Part shown: positions 22,986 through 32,989 of the stretch, in pieces | Layout: each line of letters opens with the position of its first letter | Position numbering within the stretch: position 1 is the stretch's first letter | IMG/VR virus record: IMGVR_UViG_3300002143_000235 | Coordinates: 249,709 to 313,708 of that record | Length of the DNA: 64,000 bases | Strand: one strand, 5' to 3' | The notes under the pieces: model-generated | The model's input: the letters and a program-made list of their open reading frames with translations, nothing else | Databases searched by the model: none | What the model was told of the DNA's origin: nothing | Made by a program: the position numbers and the translations under genes

Positions 22986-24216
22986 TTATTTATTATGATA
23001 AAATTTAATAACATACAAGTAGAAGTCTCAACACATTTTGTTGAGCGGTACCGAGAACGTATGCTTGACATGGCTCCAGCTATGTGGAAGAATTATAGTA
23101 CCGATTATAAATACAAACTACGTACTGATATGCGTAATGTTATTCAAAAATGTGAGAAAATTTTGTTTCGTGACTTAGACAAGCCGATTCAAGATCGTAT
23201 TCATCAACGGTATAGAACAAACAATATGGTGTTTTTTAAACGTAATAATGTTTATTACGTTGGTGCTTATATTAAACATAGATTTACAAATCAAGAAACC
23301 GTACTTTTGGTTACGGTATTTCGTAACAAATAATTATGACAGAAGAAAATAAACTTCGATTGAAAATTTCGAATATCAATATCAAAATGGTACAATTAAG
23401 TATTGAAAAACGAGAACTTGAAAAACAACTTCTTAATTCTTATACAACAGATATAGAAAAATTCATATATTGGTTGCATTCAGATCAACAATCTAATCAC
23501 TTAGATCTAATTACATTCAGAACACTATGTCCTTTAACAAGCACAAATATAGAAAATAGATGGGATTTAGACAGATGTAAAACCTATGATTTAACTGAAT
23601 GGTTTGGTGATGATTTTTATTGGGCATTTGAAGCATCCGATGAAGAATTAGTTAAAGCTAATATTAAACGTGAAGAATATGTTGACATTATTCCCGTTGG
23701 TATAGAATTAATGAATGCTAATGTTAAATCTTTTACATATGATTGGTAAAATGGATAAGATAATTAAAGCCGCAAAAAATGAATCAGAATGGTTACAGCT
23801 ATACGTCAGGTTTTTCAGATGTAATTTTATCCTTTTTTGAGCGTGGGATGCTCGTAAATATAAATAATAAATAAAATGAAACCAAAAGTAAAAAAAGAAA
23901 AAACGTTGTTTGATGTTTACAGGAATCAAGCAAGTAAAGGATTTAATTATCCTACAATTGAAATGTGTAGTGATGGAGATGTGATTACCTATTTAAATTC
24001 AATTACATCTAAAAAAGTAAGTGAACTGATTAAATCTAAAGATTGTCCATTACCATTGGAAGTACTTCCAAACCAAATGGGAATAAATCTTTGTTCAGTT
24101 GAATCAGTTTCGTGGAACAAACAAAATGATGGACAATTGACAACATTAACAATAGAGTTTATTCCATCTGAAAAAAAATGATTAGAACAATGCGGTGGCA
24201 GGGATAAAATTATTTC

Positions 24217-24346
24217 TGCTAACGTATGGTGCTATACGAAGGAGGTGATTATTAGCACTAAAGTTGATGCGGAGTACAAATGTTGAATATAGCATAATGT
24301 TTCTGCGGAGTACCGAACCGCCTCTTTTGTATAGCATTTGTTATAA
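24217..24346 (+). mobile_element. attC-like site 1
   Basis: TGCTAAC...GTTATAA ends with the inner imperfect palindrome TGCTATACGAAGGAGG / CCTCTTTTGTATAGCA. Confidence 0.6.
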
Positions 24347-24358
24347 ACAGTTATTATT

Positions 24359-24550
24359 ATGAAAATTTTAGCAATTAACACAAAGAAAAAATTTATTGGA
24401 AATGCACCAAATGAAATGCACGACCATATACCAAACAAAGGTGATTCAATTTTGTTTGAAGAAAAAAAATATAAAGTTATTTCAAGACATTTCCAATACA
24501 GAAATGAAGAACTTGAAATAGTTAATGTATATGTAAGAAAATTGAAATGA
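24359..24550 (+). CDS. Small cassette-like ORF between two attC-like sites
   Basis: 63 aa; starts just after GTTATAA and ends just before TTATAAC. Confidence 0.6.
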   Translation: MKILAINTKKKFIGNAPNEMHDHIPNKGDSILFEEKKYKVISRHFQYRNEELEIVNVYVRKLK

Positions 24551-24568
24551 TGGGATTTTTATAATTGT

Positions 24569-24641
24569 TTATAACGGTTACACCTATACGTCAAGTTTTT
24601 CACAAAACAAAACAAAACCTGACGTATACGTGGTGTTAGCA
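24569..24641 (+). mobile_element. attC-like site 2
   Basis: TTATAAC...GTTAGCA ends; inner arms TATACGTCAAGTTTT / AAAACCTGACGTATA. Confidence 0.65.
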
Positions 24642-24729
24642 TCACAACCGGATCATTATGAATTATGGTTTTCTATTGGTCTTGAATTGATGCGTGAAAA
24701 TGTTAAATCTTTTGAATTTGATTGGTAAA

Positions 24730-25047
24730 ATGGATAAGATAATTAAAGCAGCAAAAACCGAATCAGAGTGGTTAAGACATTACTCACATACTGATTCCAA
24801 AAGAGACGAGCAGTTCGAAGACTTTCTATTCTACGATCGCATGCTTCCAAACGGTTATGCTAAAGTTTACATGCCGTTACATCAAAGATGTCCAATGGGT
24901 TACATACAAGGTTTAGATGTTACAGACAACAAAGATATTATTTATGGTCCTAGAAATCATGATAAAGGTATTTATACTGTATTAGAGTTTGTAATTTACA
25001 ACAAGCTTCCTGGATATCAAGAAATGATTGACTATGTGAAATCTTGA
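24730..25047 (+). CDS. Hypothetical protein
   Basis: ATG at 24730; its 5' end is duplicated at 23751. Confidence 0.5.
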   Translation: MDKIIKAAKTESEWLRHYSHTDSKRDEQFEDFLFYDRMLPNGYAKVYMPLHQRCPMGYIQGLDVTDNKDIIYGPRNHDKGIYTVLEFVIYNKLPGYQEMIDYVKS

Positions 25048-25456
25048 GATGAATATATATTACAAACAAAAATATTAATACTATGCCAATTCTATCAGCT
25101 ACGCACAAACTCGACAAATATATTGATGTTTCTGTTACAGACAGTCGCTATGATGATATTGAAAATTCATCAATTACATTTATTACAAGTTATATAGTTG
25201 ATGTTAATGTAGAAGGATTATCATTTGATATACAAGAAATAACTGATATTAAACTTAATTATACAGGTATTAATTTTACTGATGAAGATGATATAGAACA
25301 TCCAATATCATTTACAGTTCTTGATTTTAATAAAGAAGTAACTATTGATAATGCTGGGGGTGATCGTCAAATGCTTCAACCTTCTGAAGTTGAAATAAAT
25401 ATCGATGAAAGTAAAATTCGTTTTTATTTCTTGTATTAAATTCGTATGTTTACAGG

Positions 25457-25816
25457 ATGAAAATATCATTTGATTTTGACTCTTGTTTATCTACTAAACG
25501 TATACAACGTCTTGCAAAGACATATATCGATCAAGGACATGAAGTATGGGTTACAACATCTCGTTTTCCTAGTTCTGATGAAATTGTAAGTAAATGGCCT
25601 TGGATTAAGAATCAAAATCAAATGTTATTTGAGATTTTAACTGAACTTGGAATTCCACACGATCGTGTAAATTTTACAGCAATGGTTGACAAGTGGACAG
25701 TTCTAGATGGATTCGATATACATTTTGATGATGATCAAACTGAAATAGACTTAATTGATGAGAATCTTTCATCATGTATAGGTATTCTTATTTTAACACC
25801 ATATATTTACGAATAA
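25457..25816 (+). CDS. HAD-superfamily phosphatase-like protein
   Basis: ISFDFDSCL (DxD), VTTSR and HFDDD motifs. Confidence 0.7.
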   Translation: MKISFDFDSCLSTKRIQRLAKTYIDQGHEVWVTTSRFPSSDEIVSKWPWIKNQNQMLFEILTELGIPHDRVNFTAMVDKWTVLDGFDIHFDDDQTEIDLIDENLSSCIGILILTPYIYE

Positions 25817-26850
25817 TGAAGAGTAAACTGTTGCAGCAGCTTGAAGAACGCCCAATACTTGCTAAAACATATTGGAAAGATCTTTATAATATTGATATTG
25901 AGGAACTTAAAAAAATGTATTCACATCCTAGTCGTGGTTATCATAACTGGGAACATGTCGATAATGTACTTTACCATATTGAGCAGAGTATAGGTTACGA
26001 TGATAATGGAATGGTCCTCAGAATTGCTGCATTATTTCATGATGCTATTTATGATAGTCGTAGAAATGATAATGAGGTAAAGAGTGCTAAGCTTGTGCAT
26101 GATATCAAACTAAGTGATCCACTTAAGAAACGTATCATGGATATTATTCTGTTCACTACTTATACACGTGAGCCAGAAACGGAAGAAGAATCAATTTTTA
26201 TGGATGCTGATTTGAGTATCTTTAATGGTACACAAGAAGACATGGTAGCTTTTGAACTTGGTATTTTACATGAATATTCTTGGGTACCACTCAATGTTTA
26301 TATCGAAGAACGGTGCAAAGTGCTCGAGAAAATTCGAGACAAATTTCATATTGATACATGGTTTAATATTACATGGTTGAGAACAAAAATTTGGAATATT
26401 GGTGTCTATGCTGGATCTTTCTATCCAATGACTATCGGACACATGGACATCTTGAATCAGGCACGAAAGATTTTTGATCGTGTCATTGTTGTAAAAAGTT
26501 CAGACGATCGTGTACAACGTAAAACAAAATTTGAATGGGATGATTTTACATTTGGTAGATTAAATAAATGTCTTGACAATTTTGAAACGTATCAAGTAAA
26601 AGATTTGATCACTGACAACTTACGTGATATAAAGGAAATGTACGGTAGTGCAACACTTATTCGCGGGCTCAGAAATGGTTCAGATCTTCAATATGAACAA
26701 AATTATTTACAGACACTTCGAGAAATTGATCCATCTGTGCAGTTTGTAACATTTCTTTCCAGACCTGAATTTGCACACGTATCAAGTTCTATGGTTCGTG
26801 AGTTGTTATCAGTAGATCCTAAACTAGCAAAACGTTATTACGAGTTCTAA
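25816..26850 (+). CDS. coaD: HD-domain / phosphopantetheine adenylyltransferase (CoaD-like) fusion
   Basis: N-terminal YHNWEH..FHD..DAD; C-terminal GVYAGSFYPMTIGHMDI, IRGLRNGSDLQYE, HVSSSMVREL. Confidence 0.8.
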   Translation: MKSKLLQQLEERPILAKTYWKDLYNIDIEELKKMYSHPSRGYHNWEHVDNVLYHIEQSIGYDDNGMVLRIAALFHDAIYDSRRNDNEVKSAKLVHDIKLSDPLKKRIMDIILFTTYTREPETEEESIFMDADLSIFNGTQEDMVAFELGILHEYSWVPLNVYIEERCKVLEKIRDKFHIDTWFNITWLRTKIWNIGVYAGSFYPMTIGHMDILNQARKIFDRVIVVKSSDDRVQRKTKFEWDDFTFGRLNKCLDNFETYQVKDLITDNLRDIKEMYGSATLIRGLRNGSDLQYEQNYLQTLREIDPSVQFVTFLSRPEFAHVSSSMVRELLSVDPKLAKRYYEF

Positions 26851-26879
26851 TTCAAACTTTCTGAAATGTCTGTAGTATA

Positions 26880-27449
26880 ATGTGCATGAATAACAGCACA
26901 GTGACTACAGATCAAAAAAATCTTCCAAATACACGTATTAAACTCATTATAGCTATTGATAAGAACGGTGTAATGGGAATTGATAATAAACTTCCTTGGC
27001 GTCTTTCAGAAGACCTAAAACAATTCAAGAAAGAAACTGATGGATACCCATTAATTATGGGTTCTGCCACATTCAAATCACTTCCAGGTATTCTTCCTAA
27101 CAGAGAACATTTAGTGCTCTCAAAATCACTCTATGGAGACGAGGACAAGTCTGTCTTCACATCTATCAAAGAGTTAATTGATTACCTAAACGATTCAGGA
27201 TACGAAAGTGCTTATGTTATAGGTGGAGCAAATGTTATTTCTCAATTTACTTACATGAATCTTATTGATGAATTGATAATAACACATGTTGATTGTGAGG
27301 TAGAAGGAGACACTATTCTAAATATTGACACAGATCTTAAAATTCATTCTTGGTCACTTTATCGTAGTGAAAAATACACTAAAAACGAAAAGAACCAATA
27401 CGGCTTTACAATCAATCGATACACACGTACAAAAAAAAGATTCTATTAA
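26880..27449 (+). CDS. folA: Dihydrofolate reductase
   Basis: GIDNKLPWRLSEDLKQFK, IMGSATFKSL, LPNREHLVLS, VIGGA, EGDT. Confidence 0.92.
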   Translation: MCMNNSTVTTDQKNLPNTRIKLIIAIDKNGVMGIDNKLPWRLSEDLKQFKKETDGYPLIMGSATFKSLPGILPNREHLVLSKSLYGDEDKSVFTSIKELIDYLNDSGYESAYVIGGANVISQFTYMNLIDELIITHVDCEVEGDTILNIDTDLKIHSWSLYRSEKYTKNEKNQYGFTINRYTRTKKRFY

Positions 27450-28600
27450 CATATGACTATTAAAAACAAAATAACTGAAATACACAATCATTTGGTTAAG
27501 ATATTTACTGAGATAATGTCATATCCACAATTGTCAACTTATGACTACAATACATTCATAATTGCAACTTTAGATAGTGATCAATATTTACAACAGTTGG
27601 AAAAAGAACATTTTGCACCAGTTACACAATTTATTGATCAGTACATACAGATGGATCTAGATTGGTTAAATAATGTTCGTAATGATATCTGTTCGATGTC
27701 AAAAGCAGCATTTGATAAACGATTAAATTCTATCGATACTGCTCGTGATGTGCTAACTAGTAATGAGATTATTTCCAATTTAAAACAGATGTTAAAAGAA
27801 TCGAATAATTTTAAAGAAGCTCATATTGAATTTAAAGTCGAAAAAAATCCGACAAACGAATTCAAAGAACAAGAAATTGACAATGAACTGCTGGATAATA
27901 TTGCTGCTCGTGTTGATGATGCTTTTACTGAGAAATGGCCACTTCTAATGAATAAACATATCGTTAATCAAACATTAAAATGTAAAGAATTTGAAAAAAT
28001 ATTCATAACTGAGGCTGAAACATTAGAAGAACTTTTTGATATTGAAGAAGTAAGTAAACCAAATTACGTGCATGTTGATCTTGAAAATCGAGCAGAGTTA
28101 AAACTATTTGCAAACATGACAAATCTTGACATTAAACAATTAATTATTGATGACGTCAACGGATTGTTTTATGACACTACGAATGATGTAATTCTCATTC
28201 GTTACATAAACGGTAAATCAGAATTTCCAAGCCTTACAGAATATATGAATTCACAGGAACCATTTAGTGCTTCATTTTACCAAACCGACGGACAATTGTG
28301 ATGAGTATAAAAGAAAAAAAATCAACATCTTGCTGAGAATATTGATGCATTGATTACCGATTTTATAGAATCGTATCAATCTGGTCCAGCAGAAACACTA
28401 TACTATAATACGTATTCTACAACTTGTATAAAATATTTGAGTGAGTGTATTGACCTATTTAATACTTTTTTACCGTTTGACCCAGATAGTGAATTGTTAA
28501 AAGATTACGTGTACCTTCAATACTTACGCGAGATCATGTGTGATACGATGAAAGAAAGAAAGAAAATACTTAAAATGTTATGTTCCAGGTAACGAGCATA

Positions 28601-28636
28601 AAAAGGAAGAGGAGATCAATTGATCTCCTCTTTTTC
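28601..28636. terminator. Bidirectional intrinsic terminator
   Basis: GAAGAGGAGATCAA-t-TTGATCTCCTCTTTTTC hairpin between convergent genes. Confidence 0.8.
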
Positions 28637-28638
28637 AT

Positions 28639-30558
28639 TTATGATATTTTGTAATATCCTTGTTTTGTAATTCTAAAAACTATGGTTCCAGAATTATATT
28701 TTGTTAAAAATTTCACATAATTTATTAAAGCTGAAATACTACCAGCAGTAGCGCCTGAAACTGGTCCTTGTGGTGGATATACATAATGTATAACATCACC
28801 ATTTTGGTATTCCGGCCAGGCATCAGGTGTTTCTGTTTGTGTAAATATTCTAAAAGCTTGACCAGCACTATCAGTAATACGAGCCTGTAAAAATATATTT
28901 TTTAAATACTCAGCACCACTTACAATTTCAAATTCTAAAAATGGTGAAATTGTGTTGACACCAGAAATTGCAATTGATCCGAAATTAAAAGTTCCAAAAT
29001 TAGTTACGCCTGTGTTACCTGTAAATGTACATAACATACCAGGATTCTTAGCTGTAAAAACAAATGTACCGCCTGTTAATCCTGTAGTAACAGTACCTGT
29101 GGCTACAGTACCTGTAGCTGGTGCTTGTGCTGCAATTGACCCTAATAATGTATAATTAGTAGAAACAATTGGTTTTTTACGCAACCAATTATTAGAGATA
29201 CGACTAAATGTATCAGCATTAATTCTAGCATTTCTTAATGTCCCTTTTACATTGGGGTGAACACTATTATCAGTAAATGGACAATGTGTGAAAGTTACAG
29301 TTGTATTTGTTCCTGATGCTGAAACTGTATAAGTACCAATGTCACCTGTTCCTGTTCCAAATGCTGTAATATAAAATGTTGATGCACCAATAAAAAAATA
29401 ACTATTGATTTCTAATGGTACTACTGGTGATGACGTTACTGTAAGTGTTGTTCCACTGCGTGAACCTTGAACTGGGTATGTAATAGGTATTGATAGATCT
29501 GTAGGCTCAGAATATGATATCAGATCACTGCAAAATATTGTGTCATTATTATCTAATGATAATATGTAATCACGTATTTCCGCATAATTTGTTTTAAGTG
29601 TTGGTGTGGAATATGATAATGATGGGTGGGGGGTATTCAATAATATTTTAACACCAACCCATCGTTCCTGAACCATATTAATCCACTTATCAATTGAAAT
29701 TATCATCTGTGGTACTGTTTGTCCAGCGACAATATCATTTTCAACAAGTGCATACCCAATCGCAATATCAGGATATGGATTGTAATTTGCTAATCCAATT
29801 GGATTGAACCAATGTGTTTCTATATCACCAAGCATGGTAGCGAGAGTAGCTCCGCCTCTACCATAGATTCCAAATGCATCACAATATGTAGTTATAGTTG
29901 TTGGTGTGAACTCCATACATGAATCAGATATAGAATTTGCTATATGAATACCCTTTTGCATTCCTGATGATTGAGTAGATTGTGATAATACTGCAATAGA
30001 ATTTCCAAATGCTACAGCTTTCATTAAATTCATTGAATCAGAAATCAAAACATATTTTGTTCCGTTCCATTTGTATGTTGTTCCCGTTTCTAAATTCAAG
30101 TACAGTCTATTAGACATACCAGTATCTGGAAAATCCGCAACACTTGAATAACCAATTGTTGTAAAGAATGTACCAACTACAGCAGGAGTAATTGCTGATC
30201 TTGGATATTCATAACTCAAAAATGATATAAGATTACGTGGTTGATAGATATCAAGAAATGTTTCACTAACAGATGGAATTGCTGATAAATAATATCTATC
30301 AGTCCAATCAGCAGTTGGGATGTATTGATCAAAATCTGCTGCATCAATTTCATCACGTGTATATACAGCAAGATGACCGTCACGATCCGTATTCATAAAT
30401 ATGAAAAATTGTCTATAATCAAATGTTGGATCAGGTGTTGCTGGAAGTGCTGGTATAGATGATTCTTCTGGAAAAAATGTCTTGTATGCAAATAATTGTT
30501 CAAGCATTTTACGATCGTGATCATTTTCTGGTACAATTTTAAATGTTCTGCTAGCCAT
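28639..30558 (-). CDS. Putative virion tail/fibre-associated protein with SGNH-like domain
   Basis: LYLNLETGTTYKWNGTKYV linker; AFGNSI and DNSVHPN resemble SGNH blocks I and V; G/T-rich beta segments. Confidence 0.5.
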   Translation of the reverse strand: MASRTFKIVPENDHDRKMLEQLFAYKTFFPEESSIPALPATPDPTFDYRQFFIFMNTDRDGHLAVYTRDEIDAADFDQYIPTADWTDRYYLSAIPSVSETFLDIYQPRNLISFLSYEYPRSAITPAVVGTFFTTIGYSSVADFPDTGMSNRLYLNLETGTTYKWNGTKYVLISDSMNLMKAVAFGNSIAVLSQSTQSSGMQKGIHIANSISDSCMEFTPTTITTYCDAFGIYGRGGATLATMLGDIETHWFNPIGLANYNPYPDIAIGYALVENDIVAGQTVPQMIISIDKWINMVQERWVGVKILLNTPHPSLSYSTPTLKTNYAEIRDYILSLDNNDTIFCSDLISYSEPTDLSIPITYPVQGSRSGTTLTVTSSPVVPLEINSYFFIGASTFYITAFGTGTGDIGTYTVSASGTNTTVTFTHCPFTDNSVHPNVKGTLRNARINADTFSRISNNWLRKKPIVSTNYTLLGSIAAQAPATGTVATGTVTTGLTGGTFVFTAKNPGMLCTFTGNTGVTNFGTFNFGSIAISGVNTISPFLEFEIVSGAEYLKNIFLQARITDSAGQAFRIFTQTETPDAWPEYQNGDVIHYVYPPQGPVSGATAGSISALINYVKFLTKYNSGTIVFRITKQGYYKIS

Positions 30559-30608
30559 GTATCAATGATTTTATTTTTATATATAGAATAAAGCTAGTTT
30601 TCACTTAC

Positions 30609-31349
30609 ATGATCACATCAATAAACGAATTTAAACAATACATCAACGAAACAATAGATGTAAAAGACTCAGCATTTGATAAATTTATTAGGACTAATGC
30701 AGATAAATTAGTAAATAGAACATCTAAATATTTGCCACAAATAAATAAATTATTTGCTGGCTCTGGGTTTATGGTAATAATTGATGATAATAATAGTAAA
30801 TATAAGTATAAAATTATTAATGCAGCTGGTGAAACAGTATTATCTTCACGTATGTTTAGAGATTTAATGGAAAAAATTAGAGATCTTGCTCGTCCTTATG
30901 CAACATTAAAACAATCACATACTAAAGAAACACCTACAGTATTAAATAATAACGGAACAACAAAAGTATCTGTAACAAAAACACCAGTATTAAATACAGA
31001 AATTATGTCTCTTGAAGATCTTAGTAATAATTTAGAAAATAAAAGTTATAAGTCTGGTCGTTTTGACATTGATTTTGATATACAAAAAACTGGTGATAAT
31101 ATTAGATTATTAATTGCTGCACATGGTAAACGCGGTTATCCTAGAGAAGCATATTTAAAAGCACTTAGCACACCATTACCAACATTACCAAATGGCTATG
31201 AATATGTCGATCGTAAACCAAAAGATTATACAGGTAATATTATGACTCCAACGTCAATAAAATCTGATGATGATAATTATGATGATCGTGGTTATATCGA
31301 TTCAGAATTTTCTGGTGTAGTCTATTACAATGTACAAAAAACATCATAA
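30609..31349 (+). CDS. Putative internal head protein with CTS-like N-terminus
   Basis: MITSINEFKQYINE. Confidence 0.45.
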   Translation: MITSINEFKQYINETIDVKDSAFDKFIRTNADKLVNRTSKYLPQINKLFAGSGFMVIIDDNNSKYKYKIINAAGETVLSSRMFRDLMEKIRDLARPYATLKQSHTKETPTVLNNNGTTKVSVTKTPVLNTEIMSLEDLSNNLENKSYKSGRFDIDFDIQKTGDNIRLLIAAHGKRGYPREAYLKALSTPLPTLPNGYEYVDRKPKDYTGNIMTPTSIKSDDDNYDDRGYIDSEFSGVVYYNVQKTS

Positions 31350-31784
31350 AGTTTTTTATATCAAATAAAAATATTACATTTGAAAAAATTAAAAAAATGA
31401 TATTTATTATAATCGCAATATTTTTAATAATAATATTTACATGTACTATTAACATATACAAAAAAATCAAAATAGTTGATGATAAAATGTGGAGTTATAT
31501 TGCTACTCCATGTGAAACAATATTCAATGTAACTAATTTTAATAATTGGTTTTGTGATCCAAACAATAATGCTGTTTATGCACATAGTGGTATTTATGGT
31601 CGCTGTGATAAATTAAGTATTGCGCATATTGAAGATTATATGCTTAAATGTTATGGAATAAATGATAAGGATAAAACTTTATGTCATGGTCATTCAAAAC
31701 AACAACTGATTGATGATTTTTATCAAGATATTAGAAAAGATTGGTTAAAATAAAAAAATATTTTTTTATTTGAAAAAATAGTTG

Positions 31785-31792
31785 TACATTTG
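31785..31792 (+). promoter_or_regulatory. Bacteroidota-type -7 promoter element for the leader/tRNA operon
   Basis: TACATTTG matches TAnnTTTG; the same motif is at 14359, 33898, 35591, 39324, 45361, 46463, 63161, 63940 (+) and 6056-6063 (-), each upstream of a gene start. Confidence 0.7.
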
Positions 31793-31829
31793 TCAAACAA
31801 AAGAAGAATTAAAACATATATAACGTATA

Positions 31830-31919
31830 ATGAAAACAATTACAAACATATCATCAAGCTCACGCAGCCGACGCTCGTCATCAAGACGTAGTGGATATGT
31901 ATTGTCTGAGGTTTTCTAA
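31830..31919 (+). CDS. Ser/Arg-rich attenuator leader peptide MKTITNISSSSRSRRSSSRRSGYVLSEVF (29 aa, absent from the ORF track)
   Basis: ATG at 31830, TAA at 31917-31919; codons 8-21 are all Ser or Arg. Confidence 0.85.
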   Translation: MKTITNISSSSRSRRSSSRRSGYVLSEVF

Positions 31920-31984
31920 CATTATAGAAAAATATTATCTCTTAGGAGATGTTAAAGCCTCAGATATTATCTGAGGCTTTTTTT
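31903..31984 (+). promoter_or_regulatory. Transcription attenuator (alternative antiterminator and terminator)
   Basis: Terminator AAAGCCTCAGATA/TATCTGAGGCTTT plus T-run (31954-31984); TGTCTGAGGTTTT (31903-31915) can pair with the same 5' arm (13 bp, 2 G-U). Confidence 0.85.
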
Positions 31985-31999
31985 ATTTAATAAAATTAT

Positions 32000-32089
32000 G
32001 GAAGATGAATCAGTCCGGCGACTGACCCTGTCTTGAAAACAGTGGGTTCCTCAGAGATGGGGGATTGGGATCGACACCTACTTCTTCCT
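32000..32089 (+). tRNA. tRNA-Ser(TGA)
   Basis: GGAAGA/TCTTCC acceptor, loop CTTGAAA, long variable arm; atypical T-loop ATCGACA. Confidence 0.8.
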
Positions 32090-32121
32090 CATTGACTTTT
32101 TAGTGAAACAAATATAAAAAT

Positions 32122-32206
32122 AGAGAGTAAACTTGAATGGCTCAAGGCTCGCCTGCTAAGCGATGCGTACCCGAAAGGGTATTTGGTTCGACTCCAATTC
32201 TCTCTA
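32122..32206 (+). tRNA. tRNA-Ser(GCT)
   Basis: AGAGAG/CTCTCT acceptor, loop CTGCTAA, variable arm TACCC-GAAA-GGGTA, T-loop TTCGACT. Confidence 0.85.
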
Positions 32207-32212
32207 CTTAAT

Positions 32213-32283
32213 GCCTGCTTAGTGTAATGGAAGCACATGTGGATTCTACCCACAGAGTGAGGGTTCAAGTCCTTCAGCGGGTA
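32213..32283 (+). tRNA. tRNA-Arg(TCT)
   Basis: TGTGG-ATTCTAC-CCACA anticodon arm; T-loop TTCAAGT. Confidence 0.85.
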
Positions 32284-32290
32284 CTAAAAT

Positions 32291-32365
32291 GCGCTTGTAG
32301 TTTAATTGGAAAAATACTCGGCTACGAACCGAGAGACGTGACGGGTTCGACTCCCTCCAGGCGTA
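32291..32365 (+). tRNA. tRNA-Arg(ACG)
   Basis: CTCGG-CTACGAA-CCGAG; T-loop TTCGACT. Confidence 0.9.
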
Positions 32366-32370
32366 CTTAA

Positions 32371-32442
32371 GTTTCTGTAGTTCAACGGATAGAATGACCG
32401 GTTTCGGCCCGGTTGATGTGGGTTCAAATCCCGCCAGGAACT
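32371..32442 (+). tRNA. tRNA-Arg(TCG)
   Basis: ACCGG-TTTCGGC-CCGGT; T-loop TTCAAAT. Confidence 0.88.
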
Positions 32443-32989
32443 CTTTAAATAGTTGTATTCGATTCAGACTGGTCGTTGAGTTCTTGATTCAAATTATAAT
32501 CCTTGATCTCATCGACCTTTGCCGGTCTTAAGTCTGTACCTTCTGTATTCACATTAGCAGCGACAATCGTATCAGTTGCTGGTTGTGTGGTTCCTGTATT
32601 AACATTCTCAGTTGGATCCAATTCATTAGTCTGACGAGGTTCAGAGAAGTTCACATTACCAATATCAGAAGGAACTGTGTATGTGTAAACATCCATCGGT
32701 ACGTAATCAAGTGTTACAGGTTTTTCAATAGCTGCTGGTGCATTATTAACTTTCTTTAATGATTGTGCAGTAACTATTGGTTTATTATCTGTTTTATCAT
32801 AAACATTACCACCAAGTAATGGTTTAACTACTGGTGTAATATTATTTATATTTCCAAGATGCTTATTATTTTCATTTGGTGTTGTAGGACCATTAATATT
32901 TCCCAACGGCTTATTAAACGTTGAAAGATTTACTAACTGTAAATCTTCTTTGTATACATTTGTTACTGATTTTACCTGTCGCTTAGCCA

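Larger units (their letters stand above)
23740..24774 (+). repeat. 56-bp direct repeat (23740-23795 and 24719-24774) bracketing an inserted block of about 0.9 kb
   Basis: 52 of 56 positions identical; each copy contains a gene end (GATTGGTAA) and the start MDKIIKAAKxESEW. Confidence 0.85.
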
